A DNA stretch of 64,000 nt from Epiperipatus broadwayi (lineage: Eukaryota > Animalia > Onychophora). Positions 13,974-27,519 of the stretch are shown here, piece after piece (position 1 is the first letter of the stretch; the number at the start of each line of letters is the position of its first letter). The notes below the pieces were generated by a model. The model worked only from the letters and a program-made list of their open reading frames with translations, was not told where the DNA came from and searched no databases. The stretch covers positions 15,438,001 to 15,502,000 of the forward strand of contig JAQFVV010000010.1 of the NCBI GenBank assembly GCA_028023455.1. The letters are read 5' to 3'. The position numbers and the translations under genes are program-made.

Positions 13974-14669
13974 ATTAATCTCATCTGACAGTTTCGATTG
14001 CCCAGCAATCTTTCTCAGAACTACAAAACATAAATACATAAATATACTAATACTTAATCATATAAACATACAATATTATATCTATTAGTAAATGACTTTT
14101 TTTTACATATATCTTATTGCCTTTATCTATATATTCAAGCATACATATCAAATATATGTATACATTCTCCATTTATATTACATTCACCTATATTATTCCT
14201 ATTAAATACAGTACAAAAAAAAACACCTTCAATATTTATATACACCAAACTATCCCCAACTTATACTATACCTATATCAATTATTATTATTACATAAATC
14301 AGTAAGACCTTAATATTTGATTTATGTAATAATAATGATAATAGGTATAGTATAAGTTGGGAATAGCTTAATATATGTATGTTTAAGATCTGTATATGTG
14401 TACATATTTGGTATAGATATATTGAAAGTGGTTTTTTATGCATTATATATAATATAGGTTAAGTGTAGTATAACTGGAGAATATATATATATATTTGGTA
14501 TGTATGCATATATATAGATATAGGCAATGAGACGTAAAAAAATGTCTTTACTAATAGATATAATGTGTCTATATGATTAAATATTTATATATGATTTGTA
14601 GCTCTGAGGAAGATTGCTGGGCAATCAAAATTGTTAGAGGGATTAATTTTAATTTAATAAAATATGCAT
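13974..14669. mobile_element. Foldback element with about 320-bp diverging arms, each ending in a decayed hammerhead motif
   Basis: Arms mirror around about 14300. Flanks TGAAAAAATGAA (13962-13973) and TGAAAAAATCAA (14670-14681). Hammerhead-like motifs at 13984-14022 (-) and 14601-14639 (+). Confidence 0.8.
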
Positions 14670-15749
14670 TGAAAAAATCAAGAGGAATTTATTTGATTTT
14701 TTTTATAATTTTATCAATGCATAATAAGAGAGAAGTTGAAACATAAAGGATGAAATTAATCGTACATTTAAAGGAAGAAATATAGCTAAGTGTTTCTGAG
14801 ACTTGATCACTTTAATAGAAGAGCAATATTGAATTTCTAAATCATACAGAAAAACAAACACCTATGTTCATTTTGATTGATAAATATTTTTAAGAGCAAT
14901 GATTTACTTCATAGCTATCTGTTGTAAGTTTGAATAATCTACAAACATTACATGTTAGTGCTGCACTCCATACTAGATTTTAGTTAATAGGCTTTTGTTA
15001 CAAATTTTTAGACTACTTTAGACTTCTATAGGCAATTTTTAATTTATTAAAAAAATATCTAGCCAATATCCTGATGAGTCAATTAGCCAGAACTATCATC
15101 TAGCTACATTGAATACTGAAGCGTGCAACAGATGACTGGAATAAAGCAAGTAGAGTGAATTATTGCTCCATAAAAATACATGTTGAATGTAAGCTAAGAA
15201 AGTTATGATGTTTTATTGGTATATATTATTAATAAAATTATTAGTTTGAAGTGAAGCTGGTTGGATATATCTTCAGGTGAGATGTCAATAGTTGAACTAT
15301 TGATGTCCCAAAATCTATACCAACAAATTGTACTTAAAATGAATAGATGGGATAAAGAAAAATTTACTGGAGTTGTAAGAAGTTATGGATCAGAAAAACT
15401 AAGATTTTTCATTGGATTGATATTTTGAAATTAATAACGACACCCCCCCCCCAAATAAGACAGATTGTCTCAAATTATTAATTTCATATTGAAAATATTT
15501 TACAGACTTATTTTTATTTGAGGTCTTTTGAAGATAAATATCTGATCTGAACTATAAGTTTTTATCCATTACTGGGTTTTTTTTCAGAGTTTCATTTAAA
15601 CTATTTTTATTTGATTAATAAATGGTTAAGTATTTGTTATTGTTTAGATTAATTCATTTTGTTCATTTGCTGGAGCATATTTACCCACATTTGTGTTCTT
15701 ATTGCCATTTATAAGTTATAATTAATACATTTTTTAAAATAAGAAAATA

Positions 15750-16320
15750 TTTTGCATATCGCTAGCTGAAAATTAAATAGAAGATATTTAAATCACCCAA
15801 ACATTATGATACTTCAGCATCACCTTCTGGATAAATATAAAGTCTGAACTTCAAACAACCAAACTCAAAAGGATATTCCTTGAGTTTTATGTTGCAACAA
15901 TGTTATGCATTGAAATTCGGACCTATTCTAATGAAGAATATGAAATTAAATTAGCAACAATCTTAAATTGTTAGTAAACAAATATATTTAACTTATGTAT
16001 ACAAAGAAAGACTACAACAGTAGTTTTATTAAACTGTGATAACTCCAACATAAATATATAAGAAAATATTCCAGTACTTATCACTAGCTGAATATTAAAT
16101 AGAAAATATTAAATCACACACCCGAACGTTATGACATTTCAGCAACACCAACTATGAATAAATATAAAGTCTAAACCTCAAACAACCAAACTCAAAAGGG
16201 TATTCTCTTGAGTCTTATGTTGCAATGATGTTATATGTTGAAATTCAGACCTATTCAAACAAAGAGTGTGAAATTAAATTAGTGTTGCTGAAATATCAAT
16301 GTTAGGGTAGGTGATTTAAA
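15750..16320. mobile_element. Family F: partial tandem unit (period about 322 bp) plus short inverted arm
   Basis: CTAGCTGAA(A/T)ATTAAATAG...GAAATTAAATTAG repeated at about 15761 and 16084. 16281-16322 is the reverse complement of about 16105-16150. Confidence 0.7.
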
Positions 16321-17744
16321 TATTTTTTTTAATGTATGTTTGGAACTGAAATGAGAGACTTTATTAAAAGCTTTATACATAAAATTGTTAGTTATTGCAT
16401 GATTACGAAACTTACTCTACAGATTGCAAAATCAAATAGATCTAAAGAAATATGAGTAAATTAAAAACTGGAGATAACATGATTGTAATCAATTCATTCT
16501 TTAATTTATGACGTCTTTCAGATTTCCACTGCTTTTTATATTCTCTATTTATATCATCTAATTTTTAATTGCTATTATATTTATAAATTAATAATCATTA
16601 TTATATAACTATAAGCACCAAATACATGTGTATATGTGTCTATTTTGAATAAATGTCATTGTTTCCTATTGTTAGAATTATTTTGCAGTTATTATAATAT
16701 GAAATCACTATGTGAATACAATTCAGTTCGAAAAACTTTTAAGAATCATTTACTAGTGTATTAATAATATGTAAATTATATTATTTTTATTGTCTATATA
16801 TGTACAAACATTTGGTAATTTTAAGATTATTTTAATAAAGATGTGGATCAAAGTCTTTTTAAGTGATTTGATAAAATATTTTACTGTTAAATTTTGCATT
16901 TTTATTTTTTTTCTTATGTATTTCAGATAATGTGAAATAGGTCTTTTTATCTTTTTTCTTATTGATATTGTATTGCTCTTATAAAATAGATTTATAGTTT
17001 CACATTTGATTAAACTTTCATATTGATTTAAAGGATAGTACAGCATTGAATAATAAATCCTAGTATGTAGTCTGATTTCTTAAATATAGCAAAGTAAGTT
17101 GTATAATTTTTTAGTTGATGTATTTAGTAATCATTAAAAATTACTTGTCAAGAGAGAATATTATATGAATTATTAGACTTAGCTGAAATACATGAATTGG
17201 TAATCAAATAGTATTAAAATAATTCTGGTATGATGTAAATTGACTTTTTCACAATTTGGTGACGCAATTATTTCGATTTTTCTATTATCTTAAAAATTAT
17301 TTTTTATGTATTTTAATTAAAAAGCATTAAAGTTAATCAAAACATGAAATATATTGTTTCATTAATTGGAAATAAAAATATTTATAGGCTTTTTAATATA
17401 TACAGTGATATTCAAAATGTTTATCAGTTAATAAATGAATATAAATTCATTTATAAAAGAATATGTATGATTATGATGAATACAGTAATTATGTAGAATA
17501 TTTTAATGGATGATTATTTTCATATAGTATTAGCATTAATAAGTCTTTCATACTTTTCATTTGTAATAATTAAATTATTAATCATTATAAAAATGTTAAT
17601 TATTGTTGTTTAATACATCACTTATTTATTCTTGAACATATTTAAAAGATATTCAAGGCAGTTTTTATTTGTGGTAATATTGTGATATATATTTTTTTCT
17701 CTTCTATTAATTTACAAAGTTTATGTTTGAAATTAAATTGAAAG

Positions 17745-18010
17745 GCTGAAACCTCTCACATGTGCTTTTGAATGCTTGTATGACAACCAATCAGATGTAA
17801 TGATAGCTGTCTGAAAGGCTCTCAAATCGCAAGATTTTACAAGAAAAAGGTGGTTTCCACCCTTTTCTTTACTTAACTTCCTATATATATATAAGCCAGT
17901 CTAAAGCATTTTGACTTGAGAGCGTGAAGCTTTAAATATTTTCACATTTAACTCACTGAGTCTTATTTATAAACATACAACGTGAAATCTTACAATTTAC
18001 TACGCAGTAG
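17745..18010 (+). mobile_element. Family D pLTR-like repeat with CCAAT and TATA boxes (copy 1)
   Basis: Similar to 36165-36430: CACATGTG, CCAATCAGAT, ACTTAACTT, TATATATAAGC, ACTCACTGAGT. Confidence 0.6.
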
Positions 18011-19393
18011 TTTATGAGATTTAGAATTCTTTAAAAATCTATATATGTGCTCTCAAAATTTCTTGCAGTTTAAAAAAATATTAAATAAAAAAAATAGAAA
18101 TTTGTAAATTTGATATTTATCTAAAAGCTTGTACTGATGACATTTTACTTGAAGTTATATGTTGTATTGTTATAAATTTTATTTTGTATTGTATTTGCTA
18201 ATATAGCAATCAATATTTACTTATCTTTCATAATCATTCACATTGCTGTGATTGTAATAAAAGCAATTTCATATAAAATGACCCCAAGGTGCAACTTAAT
18301 AATGATGGTTGTAATGATGTGAAGCTTAAAAGAAGTTATGAAATGCTTTGTTTATGTGTTAAATTAAAAATACATTAGTTTTGAAAACAAAAGCCATTTG
18401 CAGAAGTTAATGGATATTTGGTAACAATAAATTACTTCACAAACTAATAAAAAGAAAGAAAAAAATTCTTTCTAATATTGTTTATGTTCCTGAAACAATT
18501 CATGACATCCATAGTATATAAGTATTCAGGGGAAATTGAAAAAAGCCTTAAATTTGTGAGTGAAAGATGTGATCAGTATTATGAAAAATAGTAATATTAA
18601 AAAGTAGGGGGTATTGCATCAAAGTGTTGAACACAAAGACTTTAGTAAAGAATCCATTAAAAATCCAAATCATTTACTGCAAGTAAGGTGTGGTTTAGAA
18701 ATCAGCATGAAACAAAAAAAATATTAGGTATTCATCTTATCCTTAATTTTTACCAAATGGTTTTTTTTTTTTTAAGAATGAATGATTGAGGGAATGCATT
18801 TACATGTATGTATAGATATATTATCACATTTTTATATTTGCTCTCTTTTTTAATTTATTATTTCACTCTTTGTTACTGCGTTATTTTTTTTTTTAAATTG
18901 ATGGATTAATATGTATAAATTTTAAATTGTATTATAGTTATATAAATACATATTAAAACAGTAGTATTTATATATATGTTAAAAATGTACTTTATAAGAT
19001 GCATTACTATCCTTAGCTCTGTATATTCATGATAGTTTGTAACCAAATGATGTGGATATACAGGTCAGCTGTACTATTTTAATTAAAATGCTTGAATATA
19101 AAAAATTTACTGCTTATTAGATATTGATTATTACTAATAACCATTATTATTTTATTTTTATTAATTCTAGTTTGTCATTAAGTTGTTATTCTTTATGTAT
19201 TTTATTAAATTTAGAAACCATCTTAAGGGGTTTTTAAAAAGACAAAACTGTAGTACAAATTTATAATTGTAGAAATGAGTTTACTTTTAAAATGGTGAGT
19301 GAAAAAAATTATAATAGTAATTGTGCACATGATCTGTTGAGAGTGTTGCTGGTTTGAATGATCCTTTATTTTATTATACAATATACTCTACTA

Positions 19394-20260
19394 CACCTGG
19401 GTCTCTTTTTATGTGGATTTTTTAAATGTGATTTTGAAGTTATGCGATTTGTATTTTTTCTTAATATCTTTTTATGCGATAAAGAAGTTCATATTTCACT
19501 TAAAATCGGGATTTCCTCTTTTTATATACACACATTAAATTTTACATACTTTAAATGCCTGTTGGAAAAAGGTTTGTTAATAAATTTAGATACTGTAGAA
19601 GATTTAGAAAAAGATAATGAAACTGAAATGGAACTTGTTCATTTCACAGCAAAAATGATTCGAGAAAGTCTTCAACTTTCTAATCAATTGGAAAATCATT
19701 TTATTGTTAATGACACGAATTGTATGAACGAGCTCTTAAATTCCGAGAGCTAAATAGTTGTATGTCTGGATATCGCGAACTTCATAAACAATTAGTAAAA
19801 TCATCATCTCAAAGTTTAATCACCGATTACATTGTCACCAGAAAACCATTATCACAGCATGAGATTGAAGTTGGCACTAATTCTGCTGTTTGTACATCCT
19901 ATTGTGACGAATTTGATTTCTCATCAGTTCACAAACAAATCTGCATATTGTCAAATAGTGATAATGATTAAAATATGTGTGATAAAATATAAAATAAATT
20001 ACTAGTAAAAACATTTGTTTTGAATAAAATTAAATAGTTAATAAAAAAGTAAAAAAACTTTGTCTTATATCAATTTTTTTTAAATATTTGAAATTTTTTT
20101 TTAGTCATACTGTATTTCCTTATTTTTTTTATGTGAATTTGAAAGTAATTTTACCTTGTTGCTGTATCCTAAATTTTTCAAGATAAGTCTATTTTTGTGC
20201 AATATTTTTTATGCGGGTTTTCTGCGGATCATATCTACCGCATAAAAAGAGACCCAGGTG
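19394..20260 (+). mobile_element. Tigger/pogo-type non-autonomous DNA transposon (867 bp) retaining the transposase C-terminal tail
   Basis: TIR CACCTGGGTCTCTTTTTATG(T/C)GG at both ends, TA flanks, residual MERALKFRELNSCMSGYRELHKQL-like coding tail. Confidence 0.88.
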
Positions 20261-20759
20261 TATATAATAAAGGATTAAAAGAAAAAATAATTAAAAATAG
20301 ATTTTATCATAAAAGTGTAAAATTTAAAAGATTATTGTAGTTCTCTGGAAAGTAGTTTCAAATGATGGAATTATTGTATATCTTGAAAAGCCAGAATTTT
20401 ATTAGGACACTACTATTAATTACAAACATAAAACATTATCAATGAGATTCATGTTATATATAAAAATATGTTTTCAACTTGTGGGAAAATCTGATTGTTT
20501 GCAGATGAAAAAATATTTGAATAGGTTTTTTTTTTTTTTTATAAAAGTTTAATGTTATTCAATAATCTAATACAAAGATAAATACAGAATATTATTAAAA
20601 CATTTGTGCTATTGAATTTAGAAAAAATATATTTTATATATACAAAGAAAAAAAGAGATCTACTTATAATGATGTTTAACACGTAATTTGTTATTCAATT
20701 AAAATAGGCAGCTTAATGGTGTGAATGACTTTTTAACATTATGTATTGCACTACATATT

Positions 20760-21075
20760 AATAAAAAAATTTGCTAGAAGGAAGTGGCAAGAAATTAGCA
20801 ATTGTTATTGATGATGATTAAGTGTATTGCTTGATTACAATTTTCTAATTACTTCTATCAGAGCTTAAAATACATATCTACTAATGAACTAGAATTTAAA
20901 TGTGGATTTAAAGCAAAATGAATTTTTGATGAAATAATGAAAACAAAGTGGAACTGGATTTAGCATGTATTTAGAGGTAAAGAATTTATGAAAAATGTAT
21001 TGGAAGGCACTGGAGAAAATGAAGAAAAGATTAAGACAAGAAAAATTGATGATCTAAAAAGAAATCTAGAATAAA
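20760..21075 (+). mobile_element. RTE-like LINE 3' remnant
   Basis: KWNWI*HVFRG..KNVLEG..IDDLKRNL resembles the RTE ORF2 C-terminus. Confidence 0.5.
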
Positions 21076-21109
21076 TTTTTTTACCTTGTTTTTCTGCAAT
21101 AATCGTAAT

Positions 21110-21545
21110 AGTTAAAAAAATGTTTAAACATTTTTAGTAACAGAACAGGTTTGAATTAATAATAAATATATATATATTTAAAGCTGAATGCTTTCAATAC
21201 TGAGTAGTATCCTAATCATAGCATTATGTGACTAAAGGAAGTCTAGATCTAGATTTAAAGTTACTTTTGAATATTATCGTCAATGAAAAGAACCCCTCTT
21301 TCTAAAAAATGGCACTTGTAGCAACCACTTTCGTCATTAGTATGTAAATCTACTCTTAAAAATTCAATTTTATGATAATCTACTATTTATTATTCAAAAG
21401 TAACTTTAAACCTAGATCTCAACTTCCTTTAGTCACATAATGCTATGATTAATATACTATTCAGTATTGAAAGTGCTCAGCTTTAAATAAATTTTCTCGA
21501 CTACAAATTCAAACCTCTTCTGTTGTTTTAACATTTTTTGAACCA
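21110..21545. mobile_element. Foldback element with about 160-bp diverging arms carrying a variant hammerhead-like motif
   Basis: About 21110-21272 is the reverse complement of about 21392-21545. Motifs at 21183-21222 (-) and 21442-21481 (+). Confidence 0.75.
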
Positions 21546-22140
21546 TTAAAAAGAAATAATAAGTATTTGGAAGTAAAAAAGAAACATGAAACTGATATTA
21601 ATAATAATAATCCATACAAATTGTTTGCAAATTTTAAATATTATAGAAAAATATTAGCTTTTTTTTTTTTGTACTATTAAGAAAAAATACATATTTTAAT
21701 CGTTTTTTTTTTTTAATTTTAGAATTTAAGAAATTAAATAAAATAAAAAACTAGGAAAGTATTACACTTTATAAAAGGTTTAAGAAAAGAATCAAACTTG
21801 ATAATTTTTTTCCTATGCTAGATATATCAATACTGGAAAATCCTATAACAATTTGATGTTAATATAAAGATTTTTTTTTTTATGTATTTATTTATTTTTT
21901 AATTGAGAATAAGAAAGTTTAATGGAGTCAATTTTAACAGTGTGGCAAAAATAGAATACTGTTGGGTGTGTAAAGGTTTAAGTTAGGTAGCACTTGAATC
22001 ATTATTACTGCTGTTTTATCATTGCTTGTCATTCTCTTAATGTAACTTATAATATTTCAATTTTAAAGCTATTTCATAAACTGTAATAAATTTGAAATAA
22101 ATAATCTAATGATTATTTGGGAGATCAAATGATCTTTTAG

Positions 22141-22318
22141 CATATAATTTATCAATGGTTTGATGAAATCTCGGTAATCATGAGCCATGTGTTGAGAATT
22201 TTGCTCCTATATTCTAGCATATGTCATATAATTTCTCAATGTTTTGTTGAAATCTCAATAGATCTTGTGTCGTGTTGAGAGTTTTGCTGTTAAGAAATAT
22301 ATTGAGAAAATTATATAT
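22141..22318. repeat. Two-copy tandem repeat (period about 86 bp) with short terminal inversion
   Basis: CATATAATTT(A/C)TCAATG at 22141 and about 22227. Terminal ATTGAGAAAATTATAT is its reverse complement. Confidence 0.65.
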
Positions 22319-25000
22319 CTTATTAATGCCTTTAACATCAACAAAAGAAAATAGAAAAATAGTTAGAAAAATAAAATTAGCTTCGAACATTTTTTGGAAG
22401 ATTTAGTAGGATATCACAGAAGTATAATAAACTACTGGGGTGTTTTATTAAACTAAAATTGAGAATTTTGATTTTGTAAACTAAAATATATTAATGGCTC
22501 TATATGTTCAGAAAGAAGCATAATTATATGGGAAATGTGTTGTTTTTAGTCATGTGATGAACAATGTGATTATTAAATAGTTGGGAGAAAAATTGGAATT
22601 TTGTAAAAGCGTTTAAACTTAAAAGATGAATTGTTTGTTAGGTAATTTTATAAAATAAGAATAGATTGAATTTGGTCTGCATTGGGATGTTAATAAATAG
22701 TAGTGATCCCCCATCCCTTTTTATGGGAAATTTTAATCTAAGTTTACTTTCAAAACAAAATGGTTCTTCTCTTATTTTATATAGGTAGATTTTATTAAAC
22801 AAATATAATTTTATATCTTAGTTTTTATTACATTTTATCTTTTTGTTAATGTAAGTTTCTTATGATCTTCAAAATTATCTTTTTTTTTATAATATAACTA
22901 TCTATGTTTAATGTGATTTAATATCTTTCTCTACCTTTTAGGATTATAATTTTTTCTAATACATCTTTTAAAATGTTCTGAATAGTTTAGTGCCATTGTA
23001 GAATAGCCCAAAAGTGATGGATCGCGGTTTTTTACTTCCAATATTTGAGTTTCTTATGAACTCCCAGCAATAAACCATTTGATTTTTTTAAAATATTTTT
23101 TTAAACTGTTTATAAATGAGAAAAAATTCAAATATATATAATCCACTTCTGTCCATACTTTTCTGTTTATAAATTTTTACCAAACTTATTATTTGTCCTG
23201 CTCCAATCTGCTTATTCAATGTTTCAAATCTAAATACTTAGAAAATTCTAAATGAAACAATAAATATTTTTTAAATTTAATATTTTTGTTGTTTTGATTA
23301 AAAATTTGCTTTGTCATTGCCATCCTAAACTTAATCTGTTGTTTGCCCAATTTCTTAATGAGTTCAAGTGATTAAGTACATTTATGAATCTGTTGTATCA
23401 TTTACTATACTATATATAGGTTTGTTTTTTCTTTACTATTTGTGTGTGTGTGCATTTATTTTTATTTTTTGTTAGTAATATTAATCTTCTTTCCCCCTTT
23501 CTACACCACACATTTAAATTTAACATACATGTACTTGTATTGTTTTGAACTAAAGTATGGTAGGGATTCACAGCTAGAGAATTAAGTATTGATGACTGAT
23601 GAAGATAGTAATGGCATTTAGCATATTAAATTAATAATATTTACAGGTGTTACAAATAAAATTACATATTAGTACCATTACAGTGGATTGAAGATGAAAT
23701 GGTTATTGAAGAGTTAATTTAAGTAATCATGTTTATCCATTATTTGTCATTTACATTTAATCAAAATAGACCAAAAAAAGAGGGGGGGGGATAGTTTTGA
23801 AAATTACAAAGTTAGTTCAAGAGATACTGTTTATAGAAAGTTTGATTAAATTGGCAATATCGTGTTAAACTTAAATGCTTATAAGATTAGAAAGTAGTCG
23901 TAGTCATTCTCAGTCATTTGCCAAAAAATTGCTTGCAGATATCAACTCAGACTACTTTGTCTAAGGTTTCCTTTAATTTTTTCCGTTCATCAAAAAATGT
24001 ATTAATTAAAAGAAGTAATAAACTTCTAGCTTAAATAATCAATGGATATAGATAATAATGTCATTTAGATTTTGTATAGTTCCTGTAGATTAGCTTTTAT
24101 GAGGAGTTCCTGATTTCAAATATCCATCATCTTGGCAACTTGCACACCCTTTAAGATTCAATTTATTCAGCTATATATATATAACATATAATTTTGTAAA
24201 TTTGCATATGAGTGTATTTGTGTATAGATAAAATTTATTTTTGATCTATATTTATGATCTCAATCATTTTTGTGTTAAAGATTTAAACTATATATTTGTA
24301 TAAATATTGAGGGCACAGTTTATTAAAGGGAAAGCTAAAATAAAATTATATACATTATAGTATTTAAAAGTAGAGAATATTTATTAAAAAAAAAAAAATC
24401 AAGGATAACATATCATAAAATTGAAAATTTTGTGGCTAACTCATAAGACTTTTTGTTTGAAAAAATTTCACCATGCCTGCTTTAGAGTAATATTGTAAGT
24501 AAATGATTTCTGTCAATGAAAATTTTAAATGTAATCTAAGAAAGTCATGTGATTTTTTGTTTTTGTATGTATTCTTCGTCAAATGGTTCAGTTTATATAT
24601 ATATTTTTTATAAAGTCACTTAATAATTTCTTTCACCTTTTCTCCCCACCTAATTCTCCATAATTTTATTAGATATATCCTTTATAATTTCTGTTTATGT
24701 AATCCAATTTAGTTTCGCTTTTCAATTTTTTCAGCACTTTTTTTTAAAATTATCTATATAAAGCAACACTTCAAAGAAAATGCTTTATAAATCTTAATTT
24801 TAACTGATTTACGTAATAATTAATTGAAGTACTAAAATCTATTTAGATTTAGGCATAGCAATTCCAATTAATTTTTTTTTTTTTTTATCAACACCTTTAA
24901 CTTAGTTTTATTTATTCTAAATAAATTTACTATACATTCTACTTATCAAGCCTACTTTCATTATATGAAAATTCTACCATGTCACTAAGTAATAAGATGA

Positions 25001-25084
25001 ATTCTCTTTCCCTATATATTAATTCTATCATTAAGTTTTCATTCTCTTTCCGTATATATTAATTCTATCCTTATTAAGTTTTCA
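25001..25084. repeat. Two-copy tandem repeat, period 40 bp
   Basis: ATTCTCTTTCC(C/G)TATATATTAATTCTATC at 25001 and 25041. Confidence 0.85.
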
Positions 25085-26673
25085 TTTAGTTTGTCTAAAT
25101 TAATATTAAGTAAAACAAAATACATATGTTTTATACTATCTATATTTATCTTAAAGTAAAATTTTATCTTCTAAACATTTTTTGATTCATACACAAATTT
25201 TCTGTAGATATCTCTCAAGCTATTCCTTTATTCTTGAGAATATTAGAAGACAAAGTAATCTAGTTTAGCCTATTAAAAACCTTCTTATCAAGTTTGTTAG
25301 AATAAATGTGCTAAAACAATGAAATAAGATGCAGAAAGTAAAATTTTAAATTGTAGTTTACAATAATATCCCTTCTCCCTTTTTTTATGTTTCAGTAATT
25401 GTAAACACTATTTCAATTGCATCTCTTCTCTCTTTTTCTTGAATAACATTTTAAATGCTCTTTAGTTAAAACATGTTCATTGTATAAGAAATATGTTTGC
25501 GAACATAGAAATTAAACCAATTCCTCATCAGCATGTGAAATTAAACTTATATAATCCTAACATTTTATTGCATTAAATCTTTTTTTTAAATGGAATCATA
25601 ATTATTGATAGAAAGCCTGGCACTTATCCTGAATCATAAATTAGAAATAACAATTAGAATTCCTCCTCCCGGCTATGGCCATTAGCAATTCAACTGGAAT
25701 TGTTTTTACAATTAAAACAAATGAGTATTTCTCTGTCATATAAAACATTTTTTTGCCAATTTTTTAAATATATTTTCACCTGTAGTAATAACATATTCCT
25801 TTCTTCAAAAGCTATTTTATTTCTGCAGATCTGCTTTTTCCAATTAAGCTTTTTTCTTCTATATACAGTTATTAATCAAATGTATAATTTTTTTTGTGTG
25901 TGTGATATCTTGATCTCTTCTTATTTTGTTCATTCCTGGCTTGCTCTTGGAGTAATTTTTGAGTGACATAACATATTCTCTCGTAGAATTTTGGGCCTTT
26001 TCTTTTTCAAGAATGATTTCATGTTTTTATAAACAATATTTATTCTATCCCATATAAAATCCCAACAATTCTTGAATCCTGTGGCATTTTTGTATTAATA
26101 AAGGTGTTATAGGATTCTTTTTTAACTTTGTATATATCTTGGATGCAATAGTATAATTTACTTAATTGTGGTGTAAAATAATTTAATTAAAAATGAGATT
26201 TATTGCCTAAAAAGAATATTTGTTATTCAAAAATTCAGTCACTATATTTAATACCAAGAGCTGACAAGCAATGGCAAACAACCATTGATAATAATTATAT
26301 GTATTGCTGGCTTACCTTAGCGTCTTAATGAGTGGATTTACTTTTACTTAAAAAATAGCAGTACAATGGAACTGCAATATCTAATGTATTTTGTTCATAA
26401 ATCCTCCTCATGTACATTATACATCACATGTAATAGCTCACGTTTTGTTAATAAGCTTTGATTCCATTAGAATACATATTATTTTACTGAACTGCAAGTG
26501 GAAAATTCTTTTTCATACCCATATATATAACACAGACACTTTTTTGCATATAATTTGCATATACAAGTTAAATTATAAAGAAAATAAAAAATACTGTAAT
26601 TATTAATAATAAAATGACAGCACATATACAAATATATTTACTATGGGTGTTCATTTATTCATATTTACTTAAA

Positions 26674-27519
26674 TATAGGGAATTTGAACTCAGACTTTCA
26701 AGCACCCATCAACTATCCACTCTATCTCATACAACCGATATACATGACCACACACATGTAGAAAAGATAAATAATCACCAATATACGTATTTCATGCTAA
26801 TCCAGCACTCATCAGTTAGTCCAGATTATCATCTCCCACACATATATATAATCAGGGCTCAGTTTATATTAATAGCAAATCTTGACCCTTTAATGGACAG
26901 GCCTCAATCTACTCCAACTTTTCAGCTATCCATATCATTGAAAATCTGATGATGGAAAGCCAAATTCTATGATGATGCCAACATTGTTGCCAAGCCCATG
27001 TTGACCTGAAGTCACTCTGACCCCTTATGTATAGGACCATATCCATTTGGATGGGCAGGATACTAGCTTAAATGTGAATATTTGAAAACCAGGCACTCTT
27101 CACAAACCTGGAGCCTTAATTGTAAATATAGGGGATTTGAAGAGTGCCTGGTTTTCAAATATTTACATATAAGCTTGTATTCTGCCCATCCATCTTCTAT
27201 ATATTTAAATTGATAAGGTCCTATACATGAGGGGTCAGAGTGACTTCAGGTCAACATGGGCTTGGCAATAATGTTAGCATCACCATGGGATTTGGCTTTC
27301 CATCATCAGATTTTCAATGATATGGATGGGTGAAAAGTTGGAGATTGGAGTAGATTGAGGCCTGTCCATTAAAGTGTCAAGATACATGTGTGTGGTCATG
27401 TGTATCAGTTGTATGAGATAGTGTAGATAGTTGATGGATGCTTGAAAGTCTGAGTTCAAATCCCATATATTTACAATTAAGGCTTCATGTTTGTGAAGAG
27501 TGCCTGGTTTTCAAATATT
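26674..27519. mobile_element. Family A foldback element, large copy (tandem about 450-bp unit plus inversion)
   Basis: Long mirrored arms and perfect 16-bp TSD TTCATATTTACTTAAA (26658-26673, 27520-27535). Confidence 0.9.

Noticed and set aside
15068-15110. CTGATGAGTCAATTAGCCAGAAC
   Set aside because: Partial resemblance to the family B ribozyme, but there is no GAAA, no stem I and no supporting repeat structure.
24440-26190. Possible minus-strand LINE endonuclease remnant (GGGILIVIS near 25660)
   Set aside because: Only one short motif is recognisable; too decayed to call.
26946-26965. CTGATGATGGAAAG in family A as a hammerhead core
   Set aside because: Only 2 nt lie between CTGATGA and GAAA, there is no stem III/UH, and GAAA is not kept in the 54.9 and 55.2 kb copies.
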